The notes: generated by a model not told the origin, from the letters alone. A stretch of DNA of 64,000 nt from Felis catus (GCF_018350175.1 NC_058368.1:110610001-110674000), one strand, 5' to 3'; counted from the first letter of the stretch, positions 23,990-37,871 are shown. Made by a program: numbers and translations.

Positions 23990-26900
23990 TATTGGTAACT
24001 GGGATCCATCCTCCCAACCAGGATAGTAAACTCCTTCTTCATCTGTTGGCTCAGCTTCTTGAGGAGCCCAAAATGGCCAGGTGGCAGTCTCAAGTTCCAG
24101 TTACACGTTATCATTGTTTTGTTTGCTGGTGGAAGCATTCCTCCCTCAGAAATCAAGACTACAAAACAAGCTAAGCCCAAAGTTGCAGGGCCATGAAGCA
24201 AAAACCATTCCGGAAGAGTGCTGGGTAGAGTAGCGAAGGGAGCTGTTCCCGCATTCACCTCTTGATTTTCAGATCCCTGGATTCTGAGAATCCAGCATGG
24301 TTGGTCCTTGATTCAAAGCAAACACTGCATCTAATAAGATAGATTCCCATTCATTCAGGATGTTGTCTCCCAATTGGCGCTAATCATGAATATTCAAAAG
24401 GCTATTCCACTATTACACTGAGTTGAATCATCGAAGTCACTGATTTTATAAGTCAAAAACAATTGAACATTAGCAATTTCACATGGTTCAACCTCTTATC
24501 AGGCCAACTACTTCTGGGTAAGGGGGCACATGATGAGACCAGTGAATTCCTTGGGCATGCACCCATTGCAGTGCTTCTTTTACAGGGTTGAAGTGAGTTC
24601 CTTAGTGGGAGGCAATGTGGCAGGAGTACCTTAGTGGTACTTAGAAGAAGTGGTACTTAGTGGTACTAGTGGTACTTAGAAGAAGTGGTACTTAGTGGTA
24701 CTAGTGGTACTTAGAAGGCATTCCATATCCCAAATTGTGATCCCCACCATGGTGGAAGGAGTCAAATATCCCAAGGAATGATGCTATATCAGGGACTTAG
24801 CACTGGTCTCTGTTGCTGGTAGGTTAAGCACTTAGCAGCGGTGGTGATAACCAGATCAGCCTTGAAGAAGACAAGTTCAGGTTTGGAGTCTCTGCGCTGT
24901 CTCCGTTCCTTCCATCACAGGTTCTCACTGGGGAAAGAGGTTGACAGCTTCTATACAGAACATGTCATCGTGTCCACCTGACTACTGAAAGCCTCCTTGT
25001 AGTGGATGCAACTTGGTAAGCACCCACATGAGACACAAAAGTCTTCATGCTCAGTGCCCTTCCTGAGAGATCTATGCATGTACCTCTTATCCAGATTGCC
25101 ACCAATTTCTGACCCTATTCTTTCCAAGTCCTGGATCATCCAGCCTACCTATTAGCCATTACCCATGAATTAGAGTAGATTCACACTTCAGGCCACCTTT
25201 GAGTCCAAAACAACCTCTGAGTCCTTGTTCTGAAGTTCTGTCCACTTAGAGAATTTCTTTTCACCACTTTCTTTCAGAAATATTCCTTATTACAGTTTCT
25301 GCTGCAGCAATCCTCTTCCAGAATGTGCCAGCATACCTTCCGGAGTCTTCTGTAAACTACGCCCAATTTTCTTTTCCCTCAGTCAACTGTACGTTATAAG
25401 AAAGTCCCCATTTGGCCATAGGTGCGGATTGAGGAAAAGGAGGGAATGCAGTAAGAGTATCTACTCACTTACTCTTGCCTTACTTATTCATGCAATTATG
25501 TGTACTCTCCACTTCTTTTCAGGGAGAGTCCCTACTTGAGGGACTGTTACTGTGCAAGCCCGACTTAGGAGTGATGGTCAAATAATACCCAGTGCATGAC
25601 GGGCAAGTCACACTGACTATTCAAGCATCTAGTCTATCAGGGGTAGGAAGCCAGGGGCTATTTCTCAAGTCCTAGAGAATAGTTATTCACATAAGAAAGA
25701 ACAGCTTTTCTTCAAAACCCTAACAGTTGATGCCCTGATTCCCCAAGTCGGGCTTACTAGAGTCTCCCCACAGCATCCTTATTTACCATAGACAACCTCA
25801 AGTTCATTTGATCTGCTGGGTCCTAAAGCTTCATGTCAGAACCCTGTACTGCTGCCTGGACCTCCTGCAGAGTCTTCTCTTGCTCTGGGCTCTACACAAA
25901 ACTTTAAGCCTTATAAATTAATAAATAGGTCAGAGCAGCATCCTAGCATGTAGTACATATTGCTTCCAAAATCCAAAAAGGCCCCAAGGCACTGTGCCTC
26001 TTTAAAGGTCAGGGATGAAAATGGAGCAACTTCTCTTCCACTTTGGAGGGAATATCCCCATATTCTCCAAACTACTGGACTCCAAAAAACTTAAGAGAAT
26101 TTTCACGTGGCTACTCTCTCACCCTCTGGCTTGTATGTGTCTTGAAGCTTTCTAAGATGCTATGTGCTGCTTATCAGGCCCAACCAGCAAGCTCTCATCA
26201 GGGCAGTGGATCCGTGTGATGTTCTGTGGCATGTGAAGATGACCATGACCCTTACAGTCCACATTACAGTCTGAGATGACACCACCAAGGTGCCCTGTCA
26301 ACAGGGTTTCTGACGAGTAAAGTATGTGTCAGATTGAAAACCTACATACCAGGTGCCAGGGTTTGTGTTGATCTGTGCCCATAAAGTTACCACAACCAGA
26401 AAAGTGGCCACAACTGGAATCACCAACTAATTTAGGTTTACAATAATGTATAGTAATTTTCTAAGACCCACCATCTTTCTGCACTGGTCAAATAGATGAG
26501 TTAAGTAGATATATGACAGTAACCACTACCCCTACACCCTTCAGGACCTTTCATGTTAATCTCTGAAATCCTCCCCCTATCCCCAACTCCTGTCAAAAAT
26601 GCAGTATTGTTTTGGCTTACTATCCTTGTAGGAAGGGGAGAGCTCATAATAGTTCTTACTCACAGGTCAGGATGCTACATGATGATTCCACCAGTTTCAG
26701 AATGTGTCTCTGCCCACTATACATTTGGAGACTAAGGTAATATCACAGAGTAAGGCCATGGACTCAACGTGAGATGCAGTTTGTTCAAAACTTCATTCAT
26801 CACCTGACCACCATAAATCTTTTCTTTGACTGGTAGGCTACAGTGCCATTTTGAGTCCCCAGGATTTAGTAAAAATTAAGATTCCATGTCGAGTGGCCCC

Positions 26901-27170
26901 AAAAAGGACCATATATTTCCTTAGTCTACACTCCCCCTGGTAAATGGTAAATGGCAATGGACCCCACTGGGGAAGGAGTATGTTTACAGGACACACTTAA
27001 ACATGCTGTGGCATTGTTGTAGATTTCTTCCTCAATGGGTCCAAGAACCCCCTTCAACCATGTGGTTTGTGCTGATGTGAACTGGCTTAAGTCTGGGCAA
27101 CCTCATGAGAGACCACGGCTCTCTACCGTGGGGACTGAAGCTTAGCTTCTGGCCACTGGATCTAGGCTGT
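23990..27170 (-). mobile_element. Decayed ERV-L internal region: gag C-terminus, protease, RT/RNase H, partial integrase, dUTPase-like
   Basis: Minus-strand translations resemble HERV-L pol: LDMES..NPGDSKWHCSLPVKEKIYGGQVMNEVL (protease), PVQKDGGS*KITIHY, QINTNPGTWY, PQNITRIHCPDE (decayed YIDD), SPEQEKTLQEVQAAV, EGGMLPP..NWNLRLPPGHFGLL (dUTPase-like). Many stops. Confidence 0.88.
24632..24717. repeat. 35-bp minisatellite (~2.5 copies) built from AGTGGTACT(T) subunits
   Basis: tagtggtacttagaagaagtggtacttagtggtac at 24632-24666 and 24667-24701, partial copy 24702-24717. Confidence 0.9.
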
Positions 27171-30051
27171 GCTGTAATTACCAAGCCCCATGTGGCTCCA
27201 CATCAGATGGGTGTAACCAGCTGGGGGGGAGACAGATCTGAAGCTTGTTTCTGACTCCTATGCCTGCCTTCTCTGGGCCTTTTCCCCAGCTGGTGCCTCA
27301 GAAACTGTCTCCCTGAAAGACCTTCCAGTTAAACTCTCCACACTTCAGTTTCCACCTTATATAATGGAGACCTTGAAGAAAGTAGATAAGATATATTTTA
27401 ATATATATATTTAATGTATCTATACATAATATTATCTATAGTATATATAGCAGGTGCATCCTAGGGCTCCTGTGAAAATTAAAGTGGGTAATCCATGTGA
27501 TGCAAGTAGTGTTAAAGTGCTCAAAACTGCCAGACATCAATATCATCATTATTATTGCCATTATTCTTATTACTTTAAACCAGGTCCCAACCCATCTACC
27601 AGGTCAGGAATCAGGGAATATGTCCTCCTAAACTGCTACTCAGGCACTGAATGGCAAATCTCTCAAAAAGGACTTGGGTTGAGCATGTGTACAGACACAT
27701 AGCCTCCTGAAATTCGAGAACTTTGTGCAGCGAAGGCCAGTCCGAGGTGAGGCCTGGTGGTGGGAACCAAAAGGCCCAGAATGTGGGCATCACCTTGACC
27801 ATGCAGACGTTTGACAGTTGGAACACTTTCTGATTGCTCTTTTCCTACTGGCTACCAGTAGGCCGATAGCTGGAGAGGGGAGAGGAGTTAGCACTCTGCG
27901 ATAGATTAGCACTTTCTTTTCACAGGGGCCTAGAAAATAGGAGTGGAATTCGGAGAAGCTATAAAGATAATTTGGGGCCACTTTGAACATCTGAATCCAA
28001 AGCACTTCTACAACCCAGAGGTTGGGCAGCCCCATCAATCTCCAAGTCCATCGGAGTTAGAGCCTCAAATGTGGGCTGAATGGAGGCACCCAGGACCTGA
28101 ACCCTCATGGAAGTTAATCCAGGAGGTCTCCTAGCCCCACCCTTGCTGGGCACAGACACGGAAAATTCCTCCTCAAAGTAGAAAGTCAGCCTTCAGAGTC
28201 CTGAGCCGGCCCTGGTATTATAAGAAATGTCTGTGGAGTCATTCCTGCGACGCTCCTGCCTGTTCCCCAAAAGCACGAGACCACAGAGACAGCTGGGTCA
28301 ACAGAAACTGCCCAGAGTGAGAGCCAGCTCTCACCTCACCTTCTCACCTTGGCCCTCCACAGGCAAGAGAGGTCAGAGCTGACCCAACCATGTTGCATAG
28401 TCGTCTCATCCCTTCCCCTTTGGGAATGATACCATGGTTGCAATTGGCTCCCAGGCTGTGGGGACAACAGGACTTTTTCACAGGCCTCTGACTAAGAAGC
28501 TCTAGACAGCCTAGGGACTTACCTATCATCCCAAATGGCCAACCAATCTTCCAACTGTATGCCTTCCACTGACGTATATAACACATCTGGGCATCGGTGC
28601 ACCCCCAATCTCTAATTCCTACTAAGTGGCTCTCTGGTTTGGGAACCTGTGTATCTCTAAGGAAGCAAGGTACCAAGTGCTTGCCATAGAATCTGTATTG
28701 CCAACAGAGGCCAAAGGTCTTTCTCCAAGCTCATGCCCTTTGGCCTCTATGGGAACAGAAGAAACTGGGAACTGAACACAGAATGACGTGACTTTGTTAC
28801 TGACAGACCCCAAGTGCCCCAGCCTGGGGGACAGGCGGGAATGTAGCTGTGAATCATTTCACCCTGTTGCCTGCGGGAGCCTCGGACCCCCCTGTTAGAG
28901 TCGGAAGCCTTCTTTCAGGACCTGAAGAAGCTCGGAAGTTTCACTTTTTCGGACAACATCGGTAGAGGGTAGCCCCTTTATAGTGTAATCACACTACCCC
29001 CTGCTGGACAGAAGGCAGCATGACAACAAGTGCCATGGCCAGCACTTGTGGACGTGTGCCAAGAGCCTGCTGTGGGCAAGGCACCAGGGGTCAGTGTGAG
29101 TCAGGGAAGAAGAGGGTGTTAGCACACCCCACGTGAGGGGGACTTAGAGAAACAGAAGGGGGATGATGGCCAGAGCAGAGCTGGGACACATCAGGAGAGG
29201 CACAAATAAGCCTTGCACTTCCTGACTGCCCCAGCTGTCTCTCACAGCTGCTCAAAATGGTCCTGTGCACAGGCCCCTTCCTCAAGGTTGGAGGGGCAAA
29301 AGCCACAGGTAACCCCCATCATGTGCAAGAGCCCCTCCCCCTTCCTCAGGTCTGGCCCCAACCACCCCAAAACAAGCACCTTTGGGTGCCGAGACCTCTC
29401 AGCCCAGACTCCACTAACAGACCCTGCGCAAGCCCGCTTCGTCCCTGCTCTGCAAACATTTGCTGAGTCGTCCCAGCTTAATTTAAGCTTGTAGCGGGCC
29501 AAACCCTCAAGTGAGCCAACATGACCTCGCTGTTTTCATTTTCATCAAGATAAGAAAATGCCAAGATAAGTAATTGTCAGAGTTAATAATTTAACAATGC
29601 AATAGACCTTGTAATTAAAAATAAGCTGAAGGAGGCCACAAAGTGATTGTAATAATGTTTCAAGGGCCAATTATACAAAATCCTCCTCTCACTGTGCCAG
29701 GAGAGCCAGAAGGGAGGGATCAGACTCATTAGGGCTTCGAGTGCTTCATGCATCATGAAAACCCTTTCCTCAAAGTCTGGCCTTTCAGAATGCTTTGAAT
29801 ACATTTGGCCAATACTGGCTCACATCTCAATATTTTATTTATTTATTTATTTACTTACTTACTTACTTATTTATTGGGGTGGGTGCAACTCTTTGGGGGG
29901 AGGTACGTTGTTTTTTACTTGAGTCAGAAGCAATTGTAAATTCCCCCTTTCTCTCCCTCCCTCTCCCCTTCTGGGGCATTCCTGGAGAGTCCAAAGCACC
30001 TTTTCTTTTCTTTTCATTCCTTTTCTTTGCTTTTCATTCCTTTTGTTTCCT

Positions 30052-30212
30052 TTTCAGTTTATTTATTTTGAGAGAGAGAGAGAAAATCCCAAGCAGGTTC
30101 TACACAGTCAGCACAGAGCCCAACATGGGGCTCAAACTTACCAACCGTGAGATCATGACCTGAGCTAAAATCAAGACTTGATGCTTAACTAAATGAGCCG
30201 CCCAGGCGCCCC
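30052..30212 (-). mobile_element. Can-SINE
   Basis: Ends gagccgcccaggcgcccc. Confidence 0.88.
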
Positions 30213-30584
30213 GCCTCCTGCCAAGCACTTTTTCGAAGCCTGGGCTCATTACTCCCTGATGAGCCTTGGTTAGCATTACCAAGTGGTTTACTTGTTTGGT
30301 ACAACAGAGCAGGTTGATAGAAGTATCCTTTTGTGACAAGGATTCACACCCACTCTCCCAAGAGGAGGTTTGTAACCAGCACTTGGGAATGTCACAGCTC
30401 ATGTTTCTGCCAACCTTTAATGATGGTGACTCAGTTCCCTCTGCTTCTCAGGGCAGGTTCTGGCCTCCTGATTCAACAATCCCATTCCAACTACAAGACA
30501 CAGCATAGCATGCAGACCACATATTTCCACTTAGAGAACTTCTTGTGAGATATCTTTTCCAGACTGAATTATTTCATCTTTAAA

Positions 30585-30813
30585 ATTTTTTTAATGTTTT
30601 ATTATTTTTTTAATGTTTTATTTTTGAGAGAGAGAGGGAGAGACAGAGTGCAAGCTGGGGAGAGGCAGTAAGAGGGAGACACAGAATCTGAAGCAGGCTC
30701 CAGGCTCTGATCTGTCAGCACAGAGCCCAACATGGGGCTCAAACTCACGAACCGTGAGATCATGACCTGAGCCAAAATGGGACGCTCAACCGACTGAGCC
30801 TCCCAGGCACCCC
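30585..30813 (-). mobile_element. SINEC_Fc-type SINE
   Basis: TSD tatttcatct(t/c)taaa. Confidence 0.92.
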
Positions 30814-31278
30814 TATTTCATCTCTAAATCAACAAATTTCCATCATAGTTAATTCTGACAATCAGACAAAACCTATGACAATGGATTTTCCTCAGCCCCC
30901 AAAAAAACAATCTGTGTTTCCTCAAAACTCTGTGCCTGCCCATGGAAGAGCACTGTATATGTGAGCATCATCATGCCAGGGACAGTGGATACAAGTAAAA
31001 AAGAGCTATGGAACCTAGGGGAAGGGCCAGAGAGAGAGGATGGGAAAACCAGGACAAGGAATGGTCAAGGGCATTGTACAAGCATGTGGTCCAGAACTGG
31101 AGGCTTCATCTACCAATGTGGCCAAGAGAACCCAAAAATGACACCCAGCAGGCAAGACAGCCCTGCCTGACTTCCCTTATTCTATGACTCCAGGCCCCCA
31201 AGCCAGAGGGCTCACAGGAACAGGACTGAGAAAAGAAGTCAGAGATATATTTGTAAACCTACTTTTTAAAATATCCAT

Positions 31279-31397
31279 GGGCACCTGGCTGACTCAGTGG
31301 GTTAAGCCTCCAACTTCAGCTCATGATCTCATGGTTTGTGGGTTCGAGTCCCATGGGCTCTGTGCTGACAGCTCAGAGCCTGGAGCCTGCTTTAGAT

Positions 31398-31433
<36 letters not shown>

Positions 31434-31495
31434 CTTCCCCTGCTTGTGCTCATACTCTCTATCTTTCTCAAAAATAAACATTTTTTAAAAAAAAA
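31279..31495 (+). mobile_element. SINEC_Fc-type SINE
   Basis: Canonical head, CT tract, tail. Confidence 0.9.
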
Positions 31496-33116
31496 TTTTA
31501 TGTGCAGAAATCATCTTTGGAAACCTAGGAACTCTCTGGAGTCTTGGGACCATTAGGACCATTAGGTCCTGCAAAGACTTTGCTTCAAAAGAAACTGCAT
31601 TTTCAGAGAAAACACCAAGACTTTACTTGAGGGTGGTGGGTTCACTTATCCAAAGGACCTCTATATCTGCAATGTTCATGCTGGCCAGCAGTGTCCCCAC
31701 TCTAGAGGGAGGTTCATGGCATCTATAATAGAAATTTCCCTTTTCTGCCTATGAGAAACCCAACCACAAACCAAAGGTGAAAGGAGGGCAAGAAGAGACG
31801 GCCCCATCCGACGAGTAACTCAGGGAAGGAGTTCAAAGGTCCACACCTGACCTTACAACATGGGATGAGCATCTCAACCTTAAACATCTACCTCTTGGAG
31901 AAAGAAAGAGTCCTCAGCACTCCGGAAAGGCCAGATCATGTTCATGTCTTTAGCCATGGAAACATAACCAGGCATGAGCTCTTGAGAGGGCCTGTTCTAA
32001 GAGTATATGGGTAGGTTAAACAAGGTTAGAGGTTCCACCTCAAAACAGTGCTTCACTCCAAAATGAAATCTTTGGGTACTTTTCTAGAAAATACATTCAG
32101 TTTGTATGTTCTTTTATTCAAATAGAAACGTGGGAAAGATGAGCTTGTTGCAATGTTTTTCCTCAGTTTTCCTTGGAACCAAGATTTGACCCCAGAAGCC
32201 AACTCCAGCATCATGTCTTTGATGAATCTTCCCCTCATCCTGTACATACAGAACCCAATACAGGGCCTGGCTCAGTATAGGCAATCATTAAGTGTCTCTT
32301 CAATGAATGAGGTGCCTGTGGGCTCTTGGAGCTTGGCGAGATGCCAAGCTTCATGTTCCTCTGTAGATACAGCATGTCTCAGAGTAACTTCTCTGTTTTG
32401 GTGTTTGACTTGGCTGTGCCTCCTTTCTAATGGGCTGAAAGACATCCCTTGTGTGTCCTTCTCTGCTGGAACATGGTTTATTATGTGGCTTTTTGCCTGC
32501 AGGCCCAAGGCCAAGGGTCTGGCCCATGTGCTAGTCACAGCAGCAAAGAAGCCAAAGAGACCGTTATGAAAATGTTACACTACCATCCACCCTCAACCAA
32601 GCAACAGGGCAACCTTAACTTCCTTGCTGCAAAAGGGCAATACAGACAGAACTAAGTTTTTAATGAGAAATGAACATATTATTTGCCAACAACAATAAGG
32701 GGAATGGCTTCCAGGTTCCAAGAGAATTTTGCCATCAGTGCTTATGTAGTATACGTCTCTTCATTTGGAGTATGCTAAGGATATTGGAGGTGTAAGACAT
32801 ATATCTGTGTACTTGAAGAGCCTAACAAGTGATCACCCTATTGTCCATAGGAACCTGAAAAAGGCAAACGGTCAGAGAAAGTGACTGGCTCTGCCTGACA
32901 TCTGTCTCAATATCTTTGCCAACACATGATCCACTTCATCAAGAAAAAAAGAGGAAAACTTCTGCCTGTAACTATGATGGAGTAGCTAACAGCACTCTAT
33001 CCCTCCCACCATAAACAACTATAAACCTAGAATATATATATGATTCTAGGCAGGGACATATATAAATACATATGATTCAGGCAGGGACAGCAGGAAGTTT
33101 AAGACTGATCCCTGAG

Positions 33117-33342
33117 AGGCACACCTGAGTGGCTCAGTCAGTTAAGTGTGCTACTTTGGCTCAGGTCATGATCTCATGGTTCGTGATTTTGAGCCCCACA
33201 TCAGGCTCTGTGCTGACAGCTCGGAGCCTAAAGCCTGATTCAGATTCTGTGTCTCCCTCTCTCTCTGCCCCTCCCCCACTCATGCTCTGTCTCTTGCTCT
33301 CTCTCTCAAAATATATATATACATTAAAATAATAATAATAAA
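33117..33342 (+). mobile_element. SINEC_Fc-type SINE
   Basis: TSD actgatcc(c/t)tgaga. Confidence 0.92.
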
Positions 33343-33896
33343 CACTGATCCTTGAGAGAGGGAAAACTCATAAGGTCAGCTGCACAATCACTCAACCATC
33401 CAGCTGTCTGACTGAGGCCAATTGCCCAATCATGTTTCAAAGAGCTAAAGTCTAAGTAGAGCATGGTAGTACCACTAAGATGAGGAGGCAAAGATCATAG
33501 TTTAGAGCAGCTAATGGAGCTATCATCTGAAAGTTAGGTCTTTGGAGAGAATAGAGCTGTATACATATGGAGCCCAGTTGGTCAATGGAGGGGTTCCTTG
33601 GTAATCTGGGGTTGACAGCTAGGCTATACATGTGTAGAAGTGGACTGCCCAAGGCTTGCCAGATAGCAGCTGCTACTGGGTTGAGAGCAAAAGTGTTAAG
33701 GGAAATTGGTGCTATGGCACTGCCAAAGTGAAAAAAAATCTCATTAACACATGTTAATACCATATTAACACTCCTGGAAGTCTGCTGAGACATCCAGAAA
33801 TTCATGAACTAAAATAACTGAAATTCACTATGGGAGTTCAACAGCAGATTTGGGTAGGCAGAAAAAAAATCAGCAAACTTAAAGACAGGACCACTG

Positions 33897-34083
33897 AGAG
33901 GCACCTGGGTGGCTCAGTCGGCTAAGCCGACTTTGGCTCAGGTTATGATTTCACAATTCATGGGTTTGAGCCCCACGTCAGGTTCTGTGCAGACAGCTCA
34001 GAGCCTGGAGCCTGCTTCTGATTCTGTGTCTCCCTCTCACTCTGCCCCTCCCCCACTTGTGCTCTGTCTCTCTCACTCAAAAA
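33897..34083 (+). mobile_element. SINEC_Fc-type SINE
   Basis: TSD aggaccactga. Confidence 0.92.
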
Positions 34084-35160
34084 TAGGACCACTGAAATTA
34101 TCAAGTCTAGAGAGCAAGAAAAAAACAAACAAACAAATAAATAGCATCTAAGAGACGTGTGAGACACCATCAAGCACAGCAACATTGTGAGGATCCTAGA
34201 AGGAGAAGAGAGAGAATGAAGCAGAAAGACTATTTGAAGAAAAAACAGCTAAAAGCTTCCCCAATTTGATGAAAAACATGAATCTACAAATCCAAAAATC
34301 CAAGACGCTCAGGGAACTCCAAGTAGGAGAAACTCAAAGAGATCCACACTGAAAACACATTAGAATCGAATTGCTGAAAAACAAAGACAAAGACAGAATC
34401 TTGTAAATAGCAAAAGACAAGCAACACATCACATACAAGAGACCTTCAATAAGACTAACAGTTAATTTCTTATCAGAGACCAATGGAGCCAGAGACAATG
34501 GGATGACATATTTAAACTGTTGAAATTTAAATTTTTCAACCAATAATTCTACATCCAACAAAACTGTCCTTCAAAAATAAGAGAGAAACCAAAACATTCC
34601 CATATAAACAAAAGCTGAGAGACCTCAGTACTATTAGACCTGCTCTACAAGAATGTCAAGAGGATTCTTTCAGATTGAAATGACAGGACACTAGACAGTA
34701 ACAAGAATCTATATAAAGAAATAAAGATGCCTAGTAAGATAAATATATAGACAAATAAAAAGCTACTATTATATTTTTCATGTATAACTCCACTTGTTAT
34801 TTCCTACAGGATTTAAAAGACAAATACATAAAAAATAATTATAAATCTATGTAACTGGGCACACAATTTATATAGATGGTATTTGTGACACAACAAAATA
34901 AAGGAGGGAGGACAGAGCTATATAAGGGCAGAGCTTTAAAATAGATTGTTACAAATTCAGGATCATAAATATAATCACATTGTAATCATAAAGAGAATAT
35001 AGGATACATACATACAATGAGAATAGATTCAAAGCAGTTCACTACAAAAAAAATCAACTAAACACAAAAGAAGGCAGTAAATGGAAGAATGAAGAACAAA
35101 AAAAGTATATGACATACAGAAAACAAATACAAAATGACAGAAGTCTTTCCTAATCAGCAA

Positions 35161-35360
35161 TTTTTTTTAAGCTTAATTATATTGAGAGAGTGTGTGTGCA
35201 CACACACAGAAGAGGGGCAGAGAGAAAGGGAGCGAGAAAATCCCAAGCAGTCTCTGCACTATCAGATTGATGTGGGGCTCAATCTCACAAATCACAAGAC
35301 CATGATCCAAGCCAAAAACCTACAGTCGGATCCTCAACCGAATGAGCCACCCAGGCGCCC
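35161..35360 (-). mobile_element. Can-SINE
   Basis: TSD atcagcaatt; ends gagccacccaggcgccc. Confidence 0.88.
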
Positions 35361-35791
35361 CATTATCAGCAATTATTTTAAATGTTAATGGATCAAACTT
35401 TCCAAGTGAAAAGGCAGAGATTGGTAGGATGGATGTTTTATTTTAAAGCTTTATCCAAATACATGCTGTATAAACAAGAGGTTCACTTTAGATCCAAAGA
35501 CGTCAATATGTTGAATGTGAAAAGACAGAAAAAGATATTCCTTGCACACAGTAACCAAAAGAGAGCTGGGATACTTATAGTGATATCCAAAATACAACCA
35601 GTTAAAATTTGTTGAAAGAAACAAAGAAAGGTATTATATATTGAGAAAAGGGCCAGTTCAGCAAGAAGATATAACAATTATAAACATACATAAACCAAAC
35701 AACAGAACCTCAAAACATATATAGCAAACAACAGAATTGAAAGGAGAAATTGACAGCTCTTCAATAACAACCACTTTCAGTAATGTATAGA

Positions 35792-35888
35792 GGGGCACCT
35801 GCCTGGCTCAGTCAGTAGAGCATGCAACTCCTGATCTTGAGGTCATGAATTCAAGCCCCACACTCAACCATAGAGATTACCGAAAAAC
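35792..35888 (+). mobile_element. Short old-type Can-SINE
   Basis: Similar to 6261-6349. Confidence 0.8.
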
Positions 35889-36384
35889 ACATACGTACAT
35901 AAAAATAATGGATAGTCAGACAGAAGATCAATAAGGACTTGAACAACACTGTAAACCAATAAAATTTAACAGACATATATAGAACACTCTATCCATCAGC
36001 AGCACACACATTCTTCCCAAGTATACATGGAGTATTATCCAGGAAAGACCAAATATTAGGTCACAAAACAAGTCTCAATCAACTTTTTAATTGAATTTAA
36101 ACAAACTATTTTCCCAACCACAATGGAATAAAGCTAGAAATAAATAATTCAAAAAAGAAACTGAAAAAAATCACAAATATGGAGAGATTTTAAAATATAC
36201 AACACCAATGGGTCAAACAAGAAAGTACAAGATAAATTAGAAAAGACATAAAAATGAATGAAAATGACAAACAACATACTACAACATATGGGATGCAGAG
36301 GAGGCCATGTTCAGAGAGAAAAGTATAGATGTAAATGCTTGCATTAAAAAAGAAGAAAAATTTCAACTTTATACCTTGAAGAAC

Positions 36385-36386
36385 AA

Positions 36387-36420
<34 letters not shown>

Positions 36421-36685
36421 AGAAGAAGAAGAAGAAGAAGGGAAGAGGAGGTAGAGAAGGTAGAGGAGGTGGAGAAGGAGGAGAAGGGGAGGAGGAGGAG
36501 GAGGGGAGGAGGAAGGAGAAGGGAAAGGGGAAGAGGAGGGGAAGAGGGAAAAGAAGAAGAAGGAAAAGAAGGAGGAAGAGGAAGAAGGAGAAGGGGAGGG
36601 GAAAGAGAAAGGGGAAGAGGAGGGAGAGGAGGAGAGAAGAAAGAGAAGAAAAAGAAGGAGGAGGAGGAGGAGGAGGAGGAAGAAA
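36385..36685 (+). repeat. ~300-bp polypurine (GAA/GGA) tract
   Basis: Direct read; includes a pure (GAA)n run at ~36398-36440. Confidence 0.95.
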
Positions 36686-36710
36686 GCAAATTAAACCCAA
36701 AGGCAGCAAA

Positions 36711-36814
36711 GGGGGTGTCTGGCTGGCTTAGTCAGTACAGCATCTGACTCTTGATCCCAGGGTCATGAGTTCAAGCCCCATGCTGAGGGCAGAGATTCCT
36801 TAAGAAAAAAAAAA
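36711..36814 (+). mobile_element. Short old-type Can-SINE
   Basis: Similar to 6261-6349, with A tail. Confidence 0.8.
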
Positions 36815-37620
36815 AGCTAGCATAAGGAAGAAAATAAAGATTTTAAAAGAGGTAAAGAACAGAAAAATAATAGAATCAATGAAATTAAAATTCCATTCTT
36901 TGAAAAGATAACAGAATTGACAAAACTTTAGCTACACTGACAAAGAGAAAAGAGATAAGATACAAATAACTAAAATCAGAAATTAGGGAGGGGGAGTTAA
37001 GATGGTGGAGTAGTAGGGGGACCCTAGTCTTGCCTCGCCCCTAGAACACAGATAACTATCAAAACATTCCAAACATCCAAGAGATCAATCTGAATGGTGA
37101 GAGAACAAACTGCAGAACTAGAGAGAGAAAAGAAGCTACATCATGGAAAGGTAGGAGGTAGGGAGTCGTGATTCCAGGGAGAAAAGAATCGAGGGTGCTG
37201 CAGAGGGGAGGGAGCCTTGATCTTGGAGAGAGGAGAGAGACAGAGACAGAGAGAGATAGAGAGAAGGCAGCATGCAGGGAACTGCATCAGAGAAACACTT
37301 ACCTAAAACCATTGACTGGGAAGACTAGGGCAGCTGAGGATTACAAATGTTTACAAGCATTGGAGCCCACAGTCTGAAGTTTTTGAAGTCTGCACCACTG
37401 CTGGGTGGAGCCTAGCAGGCAAAGTGGTGCTCCTATGGGGAGGGAGGACAGAGGCCCAGAAGCAGACAGCATACTTCGAGGATCCCCTGGGTCTCAGAGG
37501 GAGAAACAGTTCCCCTTTGTGGAGTGCATTTGGTAGAAGTGGCAAGACCTCTCAGGAGACAAAAGAGTTGACAGGTGCCAACTTGTGGCCCCACTTATTA
37601 GCTTAAGAACAGAGACATCA

Positions 37621-37787
37621 GGGGCACCTGGGTGGCTCAGTCAGTTAAGCATCCGACTTCGGCTCAAGTCATAATCTCACAGCTTGTGGGTTTGAGCCCC
37701 GCGTCGGGCTCTGTGCTGACAGCTCGGAGCCTGGAGCCTGCTTTGGATTCTGTGTCTCCCTCTTCTCTCTGCCCCTCCCCTCCTTAG

Positions 37788-37818
<31 letters not shown>

Positions 37819-37871
37819 GTCTCTCTCTCAAAAATAAATAAACAAATAAAATTTTTTTAATTAAAAAAAAA
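37621..37871 (+). mobile_element. SINEC_Fc-type SINE in the L1 5' UTR
   Basis: Canonical; flanks gacatc. Confidence 0.92.

Larger units (their letters stand above)
32960..36985 (+). mobile_element. Older eutherian L1M, 5' part (5' region, ORF1 and ORF2 endonuclease remnants)
   Basis: Degenerate ORF1-like text ~33800-34700 and EN-like text 35370-36985; A-rich plus strand; broken off by the younger L1 at 36986. Confidence 0.8.

Noticed and set aside
24632..24717. Short repeats superficially like a CRISPR array (also 44221-44323)
   Set aside because: Mammalian DNA, no unique spacers, no cas genes; plain tandem repeats.
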